DNA from: Eledone cirrhosa
Taxonomy: Eukaryota
DNA length: 64,000 bases
Assembly (NCBI GenBank): GCA_964016885.1
Contig: OZ024751.1
Location: forward strand, 5,704,001 to 5,768,000
Direction: 5' to 3'
Of this stretch, positions 1 through 13,624 are shown in pieces. A program made the translations under genes and the position numbers. The notes beneath the pieces were generated by a model. It saw nothing but the letters and a program-made list of their open reading frames with translations. It was not told where the DNA came from and did not search any database. Positions within the stretch are counted from its first letter, which is position 1. Each line of letters starts with the position of its first letter.

Positions 1-1125
1 ATATATATATATATATACATACATGCATATGTACATACATATATATATACATATATACATACATATATTTAAACATATATACATACATATATAGATACCT
101 ACACACACGTACACACATATATACATACGTATGTACACATACATACATATATACACACACATACGCATACATATATACATACATTCAAACATTTAAACAT
201 ACACAGACACATACATATATACTNNNNNNNNNNNNNNNNNNNNNNNNNNNNNNNNNNNNNNNNNNNNNNNNNNNNNNNNNNNNNNNNNNNNNNNNNNNNN
301 NNNNNNNNNNNNNNNNNNNNNNNNNNNNNNNNNNNNNNNNNNNNNNNNNNNNNNNNNNNNNNNNNNNNNNNNNNNNNNNNNNNNNNNNNNNNNNNNNNNN
401 NNNNNNNNNNNNNNNNNNNNNNNCATATACACATACACATACATACATATATACATATATATATACATATACATATATATACATACATATATATATACAT
501 ACATACATATACATATACATACATATACACACATATATATACATACATATATATACACACACATACATATATACACATATATACATATACATACATACAT
601 ACATACATATACATATACATACACACACATATACATATACATATACATACATATATATATATATACATATACATACATATATATATAACACATACATACA
701 CATAACAACATATACATACATATACATACATATATACACATATACATACACACACATATACATATACATACACATATACATATACATACATATATACATA
801 CATATATATATACATATACATACATACATATATACATACATATACATACATACATATATATATACATATACATACATATATACATACATATATATACATA
901 TACATACATATATACATACATATATACACACATATACATACATACATATATATATACATATACATACATATATACATATATATACATACATATACATACA
1001 TATATACATACACACATATATACATATACATACATATATATATATATACATACATACATATATACATACACACATATATATACACATACACACATATACA
1101 CATATATATACATACATATATATAT

Positions 1126-1160
<35 letters not shown>

Positions 1161-1203
1161 TACATATACACATATATATATGCACATATACATATACATA
1201 TAT

Positions 1204-1234
<31 letters not shown>

Positions 1235-1389
1235 CATATATATATACATACATACATACACATATACATATATACATATATATATACACATATATATATA
1301 CACATATATATACATACATATATATATACATATACACATATATATACATATACACATATATATACATATACACATACATATATGCATAC

Positions 1390-1422
<33 letters not shown>

Positions 1423-2417
1423 TATATACATATACACATATATATATACATATATACACATACACATACACATATATATACACACATATATACATACACA
1501 TATATATACACATATACATATATATACATATACACACATATATATACATATATACATATATATACATATATATATACATATATATATACATATATATACA
1601 TATATATATACAGATATACATATATATATACATATATATACACACACATATACACACATATATACATACATATATACACACATACATACACATATACATA
1701 TATACATATATATATACATATATACATATATATATACATACATATATACATATATACATATATATATACACACATATATACATATATACATATATATACA
1801 TATACATATACACACATACATATATATATACATATATACATATATATATATACATATATATATATACATATATACATATACATATATATATATATACATA
1901 TATACATATATATATATATACATATATACATATATACATATATATACATATACATATATACATATACATACATATATACATATACACACATATATATACA
2001 TATATACATATATATATATACACATATACATATACATACATATACATATATATATACACATACATATATACATATATATATACATATATATACATATACA
2101 TATATATATACACACACATACACACATATATACACATATATATACATATATATATACATATATATACATATATATATACACACATATACATACACATATA
2201 CATATATATACATATATATATACATATATATATACACATACATATATATACATATATATATACACACATATACATACATATATATATATATACACATATA
2301 TACATATATATATACACACATATACACATATATACATACATATACATATACATATATATACATATATATGTACATATATATATATACATATATATGTACA
2401 TATATATATATATATAC

Positions 2418-2450
<33 letters not shown>

Positions 2451-2525
2451 CATATATATATACACACATATATACACATACATATACACACATATATACA
2501 TATATATACACATACATATACATAC

Positions 2526-2576
<51 letters not shown>

Positions 2577-2681
2577 CATATATATACATATATGTACATA
2601 TATATACATATATATATACATATATATACATATATATATATATATACATACATATATATATATACATACATATATATATAC

Positions 2682-2714
<33 letters not shown>

Positions 2715-2850
2715 CGCACACATATATATACACACATACATACATATACACATATATATACATATATATATATACATACATACACATACATATACACATA
2801 TACACATATATCTCACATACATACATGCATACATACATACATACATATAT
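1..2850. repeat. Compound (TA)n/(TACA)n/(CA)n microsatellite block
   Basis: Almost entirely T-A/C-A alternation; interrupted by the N gap. Confidence 0.95.
224..423. other. Assembly gap (200 N)
   Basis: Run of exactly 200 N. Confidence 0.99.
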
Positions 2851-3230
2851 AGTATAGATATGTGTGTATGTCTGTTTCTATATGTGTATGTGTGTATGTG
2901 CATGTGTGTGTCTGTGTTTTGTTTTGATGTTATCCGGCAATTGGCGAAATCAGGTGTGAAAGTATGTGTATTTGTGTGTGTGTTTGTATGTGTGTGTATG
3001 TGTGTGTGTATGTGTGTGTGGTGTGTGTGTGTGTGTGTGTGCATATGTACATACATATATATATATATATATATACATACATGCATATGTACATACATAT
3101 ATATATATATACATATATACATACATATATTTAAACATATATACATACATACATAGATACCTACACACACGTACACACATATATACATACGTATTATATT
3201 TGTCTGTATTTTCGTTCTGCAAGCATTATA

Positions 3231-4240
3231 TCTATAATCATAATCTATAAAGCTCAGTGTGTAATCTATAAAGCTCAGTGTGTGGTCATGCTCCTTCGTT
3301 ATAGAAATCTACGATATAGAATTTCTTCAATTTAAATTTATAATTCAGTATTCGAAATAGTTTCGATTGCGTCTTGACGCAGATAATTTTTTCAATTTCA
3401 CCCACAATTACGCAAAAAATATATAAAACTCAATATTTTACGATTTTTCTCTCTCATTTAAACTGCTGAACCCTTTCTACTACCATTCAAAATCTATACA
3501 ACTTCATACTTCTGCTACTTTCTCTTTCCAAGCTTGATGGTGATACTGTCCGTTCACACCACTCCCTACTGTCTTAAATTTAGAAAACACATATCCTCGA
3601 TGAGGTTGCTAAACCTGCTAGAAACAGCAGCTAACTCTACCCCATATCACACCCTACTGTCTTAAATTTAGAAAACATATATCCTCTATGAGGTTACTAA
3701 ACCTGCTAGAAACAGCAGCTAACTCTCCCCCATATCACCCCCCCCTACTGTCTTAAATTTAGAAAACATATCTTCTATGACGTCACTAAACCTGCTAGAA
3801 ACAGCAGCTAACTCTCCCCCATATCACACCACTCCCTACTGTCTTAAATTTAGAAAACACATATCCTCTATGAGGTCACTAAACCTGCTAGAAACAACAG
3901 CTAACTCTCCGTCATATCACAACCCTCCCTACTGTCTTAAATTTAGAAAACACACAGACAACCATGCAGAACAACTCCATCGCAGCTCTGTTGTTCGGCT
4001 GGCATCGTCTACGCGCGTGTTGCGCAAGTACTGTGAAATAATAAATTTCAACACTTTTTTGCACAGAGATAATATCCATAGGCGAAACTACAATTGTCAC
4101 TGCTAGCGCAGCTCATGCTTCCAGGTCTGCAATTCATTCACCCAGTGCCTGGCAGACAAAAAAGTGCTGCCACAAAATGGGTGGTGCAACCTAACTTTGG
4201 TAACTTAATGACCCCGAGCAACGCCGGGCTTTAATGCTAG
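3231..4240 (+). mobile_element. Non-autonomous Helitron (~1.0 kb)
   Basis: A|TCTATAATC... 5' end; subterminal hairpin CCCGAGCAACGCCGGG then CTAG|T at 4237-4241; no TSD. Confidence 0.75.
3556..3953. repeat. ~90-bp tandem array (about 4.4 copies) inside the Helitron
   Basis: Unit CCCTACTGTCTTAAATTTAGAAAACACATATCCTCTATGAGGTCACTAAACCTGCTAGAAACAGCAGCTAACTCTCCCCCATATCAC repeated with few substitutions. Confidence 0.95.
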
Positions 4241-4473
4241 TATTATGATATTTGTATCCAAATTATTTTAAATGTATGTATTACCTGCTTTCCCGTCCGT
4301 CCCTCTGTTTCTCTTTCCCTGTCTCTTTCTATCTCCTCTCTCCTCTCTCTCTCTCTCTTTAGATGTGTGTGTGTGTGTAGTTTTCCTAATCTGTCTCTTC
4401 ACTCTCTGTCTCTTCACTCTCTGTCTCTCTAAGAGGGTTACCTTTTGATGTATGTATAACCTGCTTGTGTATT

Positions 4474-4949
4474 GACCGAATTTGAAGGAGGTTATCCTTT
4501 TGAAATAAACATACATACGACGCTCATCTCTATGTTGATATATGATATAAATAATGGGATTGATGAGTTAATATCTGTATACAACAACTACAACGGTACG
4601 CGATGGGGCTCACCCATAGACCCGGCGGACAGAATGGAGAAGGCGTTTCCCCTGAGGACGGCAAGGGAGACGCCCTAGAAAAGCCACTCCAACTCGCGGG
4701 GCTCACACCTGCGGCCGGCCAGCTCAGCGCCTATGGTGGCGAGTAAGGAGGTAGCCCTGGGGCAGAGGACACCATAAGTCTCTACTGTCAAGGGTACGAC
4801 CACAAACCTGTCGGAGAGCGACCGGTATTTGAGTAGTTTGGACCTCTCAGCCCGACGTGCAGCAGAACCTGGATAAAAGAGTGTTGTCATATAGAGGGTG
4901 AAGACAGACAGAGAGTAAAGCAGCTAAATTATAGAGAGGGTGAAAGAGG

Positions 4950-5016
<67 letters not shown>

Positions 5017-5506
5017 GACGCTCAGCTTTATAATATTAGATAGTGAAGAGCGACAGAGAAAGTAAAGTAGTCTAATTATAGAGAGAAGGAATGATCTATT
5101 ATAGAGAGAAGGAAGAGCGACGGAGAGAGTAAAGCTGAGAAACTATAGGGAGGTGTGTAGGATACATACGTGTTGACCGAATTTACATACGATGCTCATC
5201 TCTACGGAAAGTAAAAGAGTATTGTCATATAGAGAGTGAATAGGGACAGAGAGAAAAACAGTTAAATTATAGAGAGGGTGAAAGAGGGAGAGAGAGAGAC
5301 GCTCAGCTTTATAATATTTGAGAGTGAAGAGCGACAGAGAGAGTAAAGTAGTTAAATTATAGAGAGGGGGAACGATCTATTATAGAGAGAGAGAAGAGCG
5401 ACGGAGAGAGTAAAGCTAAGAAACTATAGGGAGGTGTGTAGGCTACATACATACATACATACATACATAATACACACGACACTCAGCTTTATAATATTAT
5501 AGATAG
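4474..5506 (-). mobile_element. Internally duplicated Helitron-like non-autonomous element (5' part)
   Basis: Minus strand begins TCTATAATATTATAAAGCTGAGTGTCG...(TATG)n; motif GACGCTCAGCTTTATAATATT recurs near 5018, 5298, 5477; no 3' hairpin-CTAG found. Confidence 0.45.
4535..4872 (-). mobile_element. 3' fragment of a CRE-like RLE non-LTR retrotransposon
   Basis: Minus translation PGSAARRAERSKLLKYRSL...FVVVPLTVETYG...WLF*GVSLAVLRGNA matches the C-terminal RLE region of CRE-clade elements. Confidence 0.7.
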
Positions 5507-6520
5507 ATATAACTTATGTTTTACGTTTTTGATGTGATCACAAATATTAGTAGTTTATCTGTTCAGTCATGCTAGCTCTAATATATTGTTCACACTTTAC
5601 ACTCATTTTATTATCACGTGAAAGTTTGTAAAAACGTATGGTACCTCGTTTATTGTGCACTAAAAAAAATCAAACTAAAATTCTCATGATGATAATTCAT
5701 TCACATCATAAAGAAGGCAGAAGTAAAAGTATCTCTGAAAAAAGTTAAAGACACTGTTAAAATATATTTCTATCCAATTATGATTTATCTTATAGGAATC
5801 TAAGTAAGTTGAAAATTATGTTAAAAATAATAGTATGAAGCCGTGCATGTTGAAATTCTTCTATTGAAAACTGTTTTTGTGAGGAACTAAGAATTAATTC
5901 AGAAAAACGCCAAACTTGGCATCGACTTGAAATTCTATTCCTTATTATTCATCAGGGATTATCAGAGCATATGCTGCAAACTAGCAATACACATTTTAAA
6001 ATTGGATATTTAAAGCTGGAACTCTACCCAGGGATATATTGAGAATGGCAATTATAGTTTGACTCACACCTGAGCACCCAATAATTCTGTTTCAAAAGAA
6101 GGAATGTTTAGAACAGCTTAAGATACAAAACAAATCTTAGGTAGCAATGTTGAATATTATATCTAAACTTGATCCAGGCTTTCATTTCGAAATATTTACA
6201 TTCTTCACAAGCTTAAGAAGTTTTCACACAGACACACACACACGCACACACATGCAAACACAGACATGTATATAAATGTTCACATTATCACACACATTCA
6301 CATTTAGACGCCCATTCACGTGCACATTCAGGTTCTCTTGTGTATAAATATGAATCGCTATTTGTTCAATCTGGGAAATAGACAAATATTGCATAGTTAC
6401 CTTAATTAAAAGTAACAATCAAAGATCAGTGGCTAACACCTTTTGTCTATATGTAATATTATGTGAATAATTTACTGAAATATATTTGTTCAGTACCAAT
6501 TAAACTTCAAATATGAACTG

Positions 6521-6822
6521 TTTCTGATTTAGGCACAAGACCAGCAATTTTATTTAGGCACAAGACCAGAAATTTGATTTAGTCACACGGCCAGTAATTT
6601 GATTTAGGCACAATGCCAGTAATTTGATTTAGGCTCAAGGCCAGTAATTTGAATGGGAGGTGAAATCTATTTGATCGATTCAATGCTTACTGGTACTTTG
6701 TTTTATCGACCCCGTAAGGATGAAAGGCAAAACTAACCTCGGCGGGATTTGAAATCAGAACGTAAAGGGACGTAACTACAAAGCATTCGTTCGATGTTCT
6801 ACCGATTCTGCCTATCCACCGT
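6521..6822 (-). mobile_element. Octopus-type tRNA-derived SINE with 5x tandem tail unit
   Basis: Core GCCGAGGTTAGTTTTGCCTTTCATCCTTACGGGGTCGATAAAAC..AGTACCAG; ~25-bp unit TGATTTAGGCACAAGGCCAGTAATT repeated at 6526-6650. Confidence 0.8.
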
Positions 6823-6835
6823 GCATTATAATGGT

Positions 6836-6990
6836 TTACGATTTAGCCACAAGGCCAGCAATTTGATGATGGAGGTGGGGAAGTCGATTAAATCGATTCC
6901 AGCGCATTACTGGTGCGTTATTTTAAGGATGAAAGGCAAAGCTAACTTCGGCGGGATTTGAAACCAGAATGTAAAGGGACGTAACTGTAT
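6836..6990 (-). mobile_element. Partial SINE, same family
   Basis: AGGATGAAAGGCAAAGCTAACTTCGGCGGGATTTGAA and tail AAGGCCAGCAATTT. Confidence 0.75.
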
Positions 6991-7058
6991 GGCTCTCCTG
7001 ATCTCATCTAAACTATTTACATTATGAGCTAGGAATTTTCATTATTTGTATGCTGCGA

Positions 7059-7262
7059 GGGCGATGAAGTGGCAGTATCGGTAGAACGTCGGACACCAAA
7101 TGCTTCGCGGTATAGAATCATGTCCCTTTACGTTCTGAAGTGAAATCCTGCCGAGGTTAGCTTTGCCTTTCATCCTTACTGGGTTCGATAGAATAAAGTA
7201 CCAGTAAGCAATGGGGTCGATCTAATCGACTTCGCCCTCTTATGCCTAAATCAGAAACAATT
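7059..7262 (+). mobile_element. SINE, same family
   Basis: A-box-like TGGCAGTATCGG, core GCCTTTCATCCTTACTGGGTTCGATAGAATAAAGTACCAG, tail TGCCTAAATCAGAAAC. Confidence 0.8.
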
Positions 7263-8499
7263 ATAATACACAGTACATATTCAATGTTTATGTGATACTG
7301 AACAAATATATTTCTGTACATTATACACATAATATTACATATAGACATAAGGTGTTAGCCATTGATATTTGATTGTACCAGTAATGCACCGAGGTCGATA
7401 TAATCGACTTTCTCTTCCGGCAAAATTGTTGCCTAAATCAGAAATCATTATGAGCTATGTAACGTTTGAATCTGTAATTTCGTAACGATGGTCGTTTTAT
7501 AATTGTTAAAGTTTATCTTCACTAGTATTCAAATTATTCATGTGATGATTTAAAAATATGGTTCACAGGGTGGAACATCAGTTCCCAGAAAAAGGGTAGG
7601 GAAGCTATAATTTGTAAGAATGAACTGTTGTTAATTTTAATTTCCGTGGGTTGCTTATTGTATTTAGAAGGTTGGGTGGTGTTTATATTCAGTTAGGCAA
7701 TGGCATTGTATTTTTCTGACAGCAGTTATTGAATTTATCATCTAAGGGAGGCTCTGAAAAGAAGTGTTTAGCGCTTCAGAATTGGCAAACAATAATGGTA
7801 GTCCCATATGAATGACGTGGTAATTTCTCTTCTGAAACAAAAAAGAAATACTATGATGGTCGGTTGCAGAATTATTTAGAACTTTTATGTCCTATGTTTT
7901 GAATATTATTTATATTTATTTGTCTTCTATTGATGCTGGCTTTATTTATATTATTTGAAATAATATGGGCATTTCTTTATTCTACATTTTTACCATCAAG
8001 TAATAAGAAATCTAGATTTATCTTCCGCCATTAACCTTTCGTGATTCCTCTGCATTTTCATTTTGTAGTTTTTTGAATTATTCGACTGTCATTTCTCGTG
8101 ACTTTCTCTGTTTTCTTCTTATGTTACTTTTTATTTTCTTTGAGTTACTTTTATTCCTTTTATCTCTTCCTTATTTTTTTTCTCTTTTGTGTTTTTTTTC
8201 AGTCGTTCCATGGCAATTCTTTCACCTTCTAATTCACATTAAACATTGAGTTCCTTTGATAAACTTCATCTTCTTTCGAAAGTTCAACGCATGGGATTTT
8301 CTCCCTACCTGAGAACTCTTTCACAATTACTTGCTCTATATTTATAATATTTGAATTACATATTGTTGCTCTTTAGTTTGCTTTATGTGCTACTCTTTGC
8401 ACGAAGTTTATATTTTTGGGGACCAATCGCCACCGCTGGTGATCCTAATGCTCTATGTGAGGGATTTAATTGAATGACAGTTGTATAATTGTTTATACA

Positions 8500-8602
8500 T
8501 TTGGCACAAGACCAGCAATTACCCAGTGCATCACTGGTACTTTATTTTATCGACCCCGTAAGGATGAAAGGCAAAGTTAACCTTGGCGGGATTTGAACTG
8601 AG
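8500..8602 (-). mobile_element. 5'-truncated SINE
   Basis: CTGGTACTTTATTTTATCGACCCCGTAAGGATGAAAGGCAAAG core. Confidence 0.8.
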
Positions 8603-9317
8603 AATGGCAAGGGCCAATGATTTGTAGATTGCGAGGGACGAGGATAGAGAGAGAGAGAGGGGGTTAGATAGGATAGTGAAATGGAGTGAGAGGGAAGAGA
8701 GAGACATGAGAGACAGAGTAAGAGTGAGGGAGAGAGTGGGAGAGAAAGAGAGGGGTGAGGGAGAAATAGAAAAAGGGGGAGAGAGTAGTAAGTTGAATGG
8801 GAGCGAGGAAAATGTTGTCTGGTGTGAGTTTCCTTGTAAAACACAAAAGCATCTACAAAGTTTTACAATAAAATTCATATTAAAAACATAGACAGAGATT
8901 TATTACCATATTCTGATTTGTAAAGATTGTACTTTTTCTTTCGCAATTGCGTGGGGAAAAGTACAGAGGTGTACATAGTGCAGAAAATGGCCGCTATATA
9001 TATAATGGGATACTTAGCTACAGTGGACCAATACAGAAAATGACCGCTATATATATAATGAGATATTTAACTACAGTGGACCAGATATGCAATAGGATAC
9101 GAAATTATAGAGGACGATGTATGTATTAATATAATATGAAAGTAGGTTATGTGTGTAATGAGATGGTAAGCATGAGTGAATAATTTATATAATGAGATTT
9201 TAAACGACGGTTGTTGATGCATATAAGGAGATATTAACCAACAGTGGACCTCGTAAGTAATGGTATATTAAATTAAATTGTGTGATATATGTAATGTGAT
9301 AATATACACAAACCGAG

Positions 9318-9367
<50 letters not shown>

Positions 9368-9546
9368 ATGTGTGTGTGTATACATATATACGTATATATA
9401 TATATATAAATATATATATAAATAAATATGTATATATACACACATATATATATATATATATAGATAAATATATATACATATGTATATATATACATACATA
9501 TATATATACATAAATATATATATATATACATATACATGTATACATG

Positions 9547-9582
<36 letters not shown>

Positions 9583-9715
9583 CATATATATATATATATG
9601 CGTGCATACACCGACACAGACCCCAAAAGACATATATATATATTGATTAGAAGTAGTGGAAAAAAACCTACAAAAGCTGAGATATTGTTTTGGAATATTT
9701 CATTTATTAATTATA

Positions 9716-9828
9716 CTTTAACGTGTTTTGTTGTAACTATAAGTGTCAGCTATAATCTAAATTGGCGATTACGCAATAAAGTACTACACACTGTGCCGGG
9801 GCTATTACAGTTACAGCTCATCAGAGAA
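9716..9828 (-). ncRNA. Degenerate hammerhead-like motif with long stem II (PLE terminus)
   Basis: CTGATGA-GCTGTAACTGTAA...TTATAGTTACAAC-AAAACACGTT; G12 is A and stem I is weak. Confidence 0.45.
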
Positions 9829-9916
9829 ATTATGGTTGGTTGTGGTGGTTGTCTGATATTATATAGGTAATCCGGTAGGTGGTACTTGTGGAAGTTGACC
9901 AAATGACCAATCAGCG

Positions 9917-9947
<31 letters not shown>

Positions 9948-10259
9948 CTATTTTTATCAAAATAACAGATTCAATTTTAAGCAAAGAATCGCTGCTTTTA
10001 CCCTTAACGGGATCTTCTGAAACTAAAAAAAAATCACTCTGTGGACGCAGAAGTAAATATTTCGAAAAACGTTACAATCGGAGGAAAATGGGACGATCAT
10101 ACTTTGGTTCGTGACGACGTTCCCTTTATGTGGAGCGTTGAGAACAATTTCACACAAAGACAAGAAATGAAAACCACGTTTATGGTATAAATGGAGTCAT
10201 TAGACTAATATTCTTTTTAGGAAATCGAATGGTTCTCAGCTCCGGAGTTAAAGAATAAT

Positions 10260-10433
10260 TGTTTCTACATTAGGCACAATGCCAGCAATTACCCAGTGCA
10301 TTACTGGTACTTTATTTTATCGACCCCGTAAGGATGAAAGGCAAAGTCAACCTTGGCGGGATTTGAACTCAGATCGTAAAGGGACGTAACTATGCTGGAA
10401 AGCATGGCGTCCGACCCTCTACCGATACTGCCA
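10260..10433 (-). mobile_element. SINE with 10-bp TSD
   Basis: SINE core flanked by AAAGAATAAT at 10250-10259 and 10434-10443. Confidence 0.85.
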
Positions 10434-10641
10434 AAAGAATAATGTAAATAAATCTGTTGAACGAAAATGACAGAGGTTATTAAAATCGTAAAATATTTAT
10501 TTCTGCGTCCACAGACTGATTTTTTTAGCTTCAGAAAATATCTTAAGGGTGAAAGCAGCGATTCTTTGCTTACAATTTAATTTGTTATTCTAATAAAAAT
10601 TTGCTCAACTGTTTTATATATATTATATATATTATTATTAG

Positions 10642-10830
10642 GGCGGTGGATTGGCAGTATTGGTAGAGAGTCGGACACCATGCTTTGAAGCATAGAGCTA
10701 CGTCCCTTTATGATCTGAGTTCAAATCCCGCCGAGGTTAACTTTGCCTTTCATCCTTTACGGGGTCGATAAAATAAAGTACCAGTAATGTACTGACTAAT
10801 TGCTGGCCTTGTGCCTAAAATAGAAACAAT
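10642..10830 (+). mobile_element. Full-length tRNA-derived SINE (Meta/MESC-like central domain, from memory)
   Basis: A box TGGCAGTATTGG, B box GAGTTCAAATCCC, core GCCTTTCATCCTTTACGGGGTCGATAAAATAAAGTACCAG, tail GGCCTTGTGCCTAAAATAGAAAC. Confidence 0.88.
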
Positions 10831-10891
10831 TATATATATTATCCTTATCGAACCCTCTTCTGATTTTAGTCTTCACATTTATTATTATTAC

Positions 10892-11008
<117 letters not shown>

Positions 11009-11089
11009 TTATATATATACATATATATATATTTATGTGTATTTGTATAACTACTATTGAAATGTATGTTTACGAAAGAACGTATGAAC

Positions 11090-11574
<485 letters not shown>

Positions 11575-11947
11575 CTGTTTACGGTGTAATAACTCAAAAA
11601 GAGACCAACTAATTCTACTAAAGAACATTCTAATCAATACGAAGAGGAAAATAATAACATTTCGATCACCGTTGTTCTAATAAAAAGCGGAAACTTAAAT
11701 AACATTTTTAAAAGCGAATATTATTTGTAAATAGCAAATTCCATCTAATGAGACAAAGAGCGACGGTATTTTATGAATTAACATTAATGATAAAATAAGC
11801 TTTACATTTACGTCCGAATTTCGAACATACATACAGGGAACTAGTTATAAAGTTTTAACATTAATTATTAAAGCTGAATTACGTCAATTGAATCACAGAG
11901 CAACAATATTTTATAAAACCATATTAATCATGAAATAAATATTACTT

Positions 11948-12030
11948 CTACTTCCGAATTTTATACAATCCAATTGGATATAATGGAGCATTAGACACAG
12001 AACACTGGCAAGTCAGAATGTACAACACCG
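11948..12030 (-). CDS. Candidate terminal exon of an unknown host gene
   Basis: Acceptor ...tgctttatag; phase-compatible with 12264-12309; AVLYILTCQCSVSNAPLYPIGLYKIRK*. Confidence 0.25.
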
Positions 12031-12263
12031 CTATAAAGCATATATGTTATTATGAAATATTGAACATTTCTATTAATAATATTTACTTGTAAATTCCATT
12101 TCTGTCCAAAGCTATATTTTAATATTAATCATTGCTAATAGAATTAAATACGTCTGCAAAATGACAAAATTCATGTATTTCGCTTTGAAAAAAATGTTAA
12201 CGGCTGAAGCACTTTAACCTATCATTATTTTATCGCACAAAAAAAAACAAAACTAGCAATTAC

Positions 12264-12309
12264 CTGTAATACGCTGCCATACAATTACTCCCATAAGAAA
12301 ATTAGTTCG
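12264..12309 (-). CDS. Candidate 46-nt internal exon
   Basis: Acceptor ttttttctccctatgcag, donor CAG|gtaatt, open frame RTNFLMGVIVWQRIT. Confidence 0.4.
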
Positions 12310-12584
12310 CTGCATAGGGAGAAAAAATAAACCATAAGCAGTTTAAGAATGTTTCAAATTTATTTATGAAAGTGAAGACGATCGAGAATAATTGTAAAAA
12401 AAGAGGATACTTTATTAACCAGGTTGATTCATAGGAATATCAGTGCTATAGCTAAAATGTCAGCTTTTGAAAGGAGACATTTGTATATAATTATGAGGAT
12501 GCCTTCAACTAATAGTGCGGTCGGATATGTTCTTCAAATCAACGATATATACATATATATATATATATATGCATATATATGTAT

Positions 12585-12925
12585 GTGTCTGATAGTAGCT
12601 AAGATGCTTCCATAGGTAGTATGCCGGTTGAGCACTCTATGCTCTTACAGAGCAGAGTAGGATAGAATAGAAAACGAAAAATCAGTGATGCATCTGAACT
12701 CAATTTATTGTGTGTTACAATTGTTTCACCGGCGGACAGCTCGAGACGCTGTCATTGTGTGGATCTGTCTGATTCTGGACCCGCAGATTCGACGGACATG
12801 TCTAATGATTTCGGAGCATATGCTCCGAAATCATTCGATTGACAGCGTCTCGAGCTGTCCGCCGGCGAAACAATTGTAACACACAATAAATTGAGTTCAG
12901 ATGCATCACTGATTTTTCGTTTTCT

Positions 12926-12932
<7 letters not shown>
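12585..12932. mobile_element. Fold-back copy of the 3' terminus of the Hydra-like PLE at 33902-40182
   Basis: Arms about 12662-12756 / 12838-12932, central perfect 32-bp palindrome 12804-12835; homologous to 39950-40182. Confidence 0.85.
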
Positions 12933-12971
<39 letters not shown>

Positions 12972-13316
12972 TGAATATATATATATGTATATATATATAT
13001 GTTGTAGTTTGCTTGAAGCATTGTTGAATAGGAAACACAAATGTACACTACTACCACTACAGTCAAAGTCTCTTTTCTCTATATATATGTACGTAAACCA
13101 TGTTATTTCTTCCCCATATTTTCTTTTATTAAAATACAACTTAAATTGCATTATATACTTCCATCGCATGTAGAAGCCAATAAGCTGAAACCTGTGCGAA
13201 AAATACGGAAAATCCTATTTTGTAAATAAATGTTTTGATGTTATTCCAAGAAAAATTCCCTTTAGCAGTTTTTACTGTTTTTTTCTTATTTACTATTACA
13301 CACACACACACACACA

Positions 13317-13442
<126 letters not shown>

Positions 13443-13624
13443 ATAGTTGAAATTAAATACTCCGTGGACGGTATGCTGTTTGAACAATCGATGATCGCGC
13501 AGAATCACATTCCTCGTTATCTATAATATATATATATATCATAAGTATATATTGAGTTAGAAACTCAAATTAGCCTTTTACAATTAAATAGCTCAAAGAA
13601 AGAAATTTTTATGAGCCGTGTAAT

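Noticed and set aside
99-3188. Very long ORFs (up to 1029 aa) and all other YI/CV/HT-rich ORFs
   Set aside because: Alternating purine-pyrimidine microsatellites lack stop codons; some ORFs also span Ns
3556-3953. CRISPR-like periodicity
   Set aside because: Whole unit repeats with no unique spacers; eukaryotic context; no cas genes
6526-6650. Short regularly spaced repeats
   Set aside because: Tandem slippage of the SINE tail; no spacers
7540-8460. Possible very old Naiad-like PLE remnant on the minus strand
   Set aside because: Only faint motif echoes (NYSFPTLF); too decayed to support
10642-10735. tRNA gene
   Set aside because: A/B boxes belong to the SINE head; no cloverleaf
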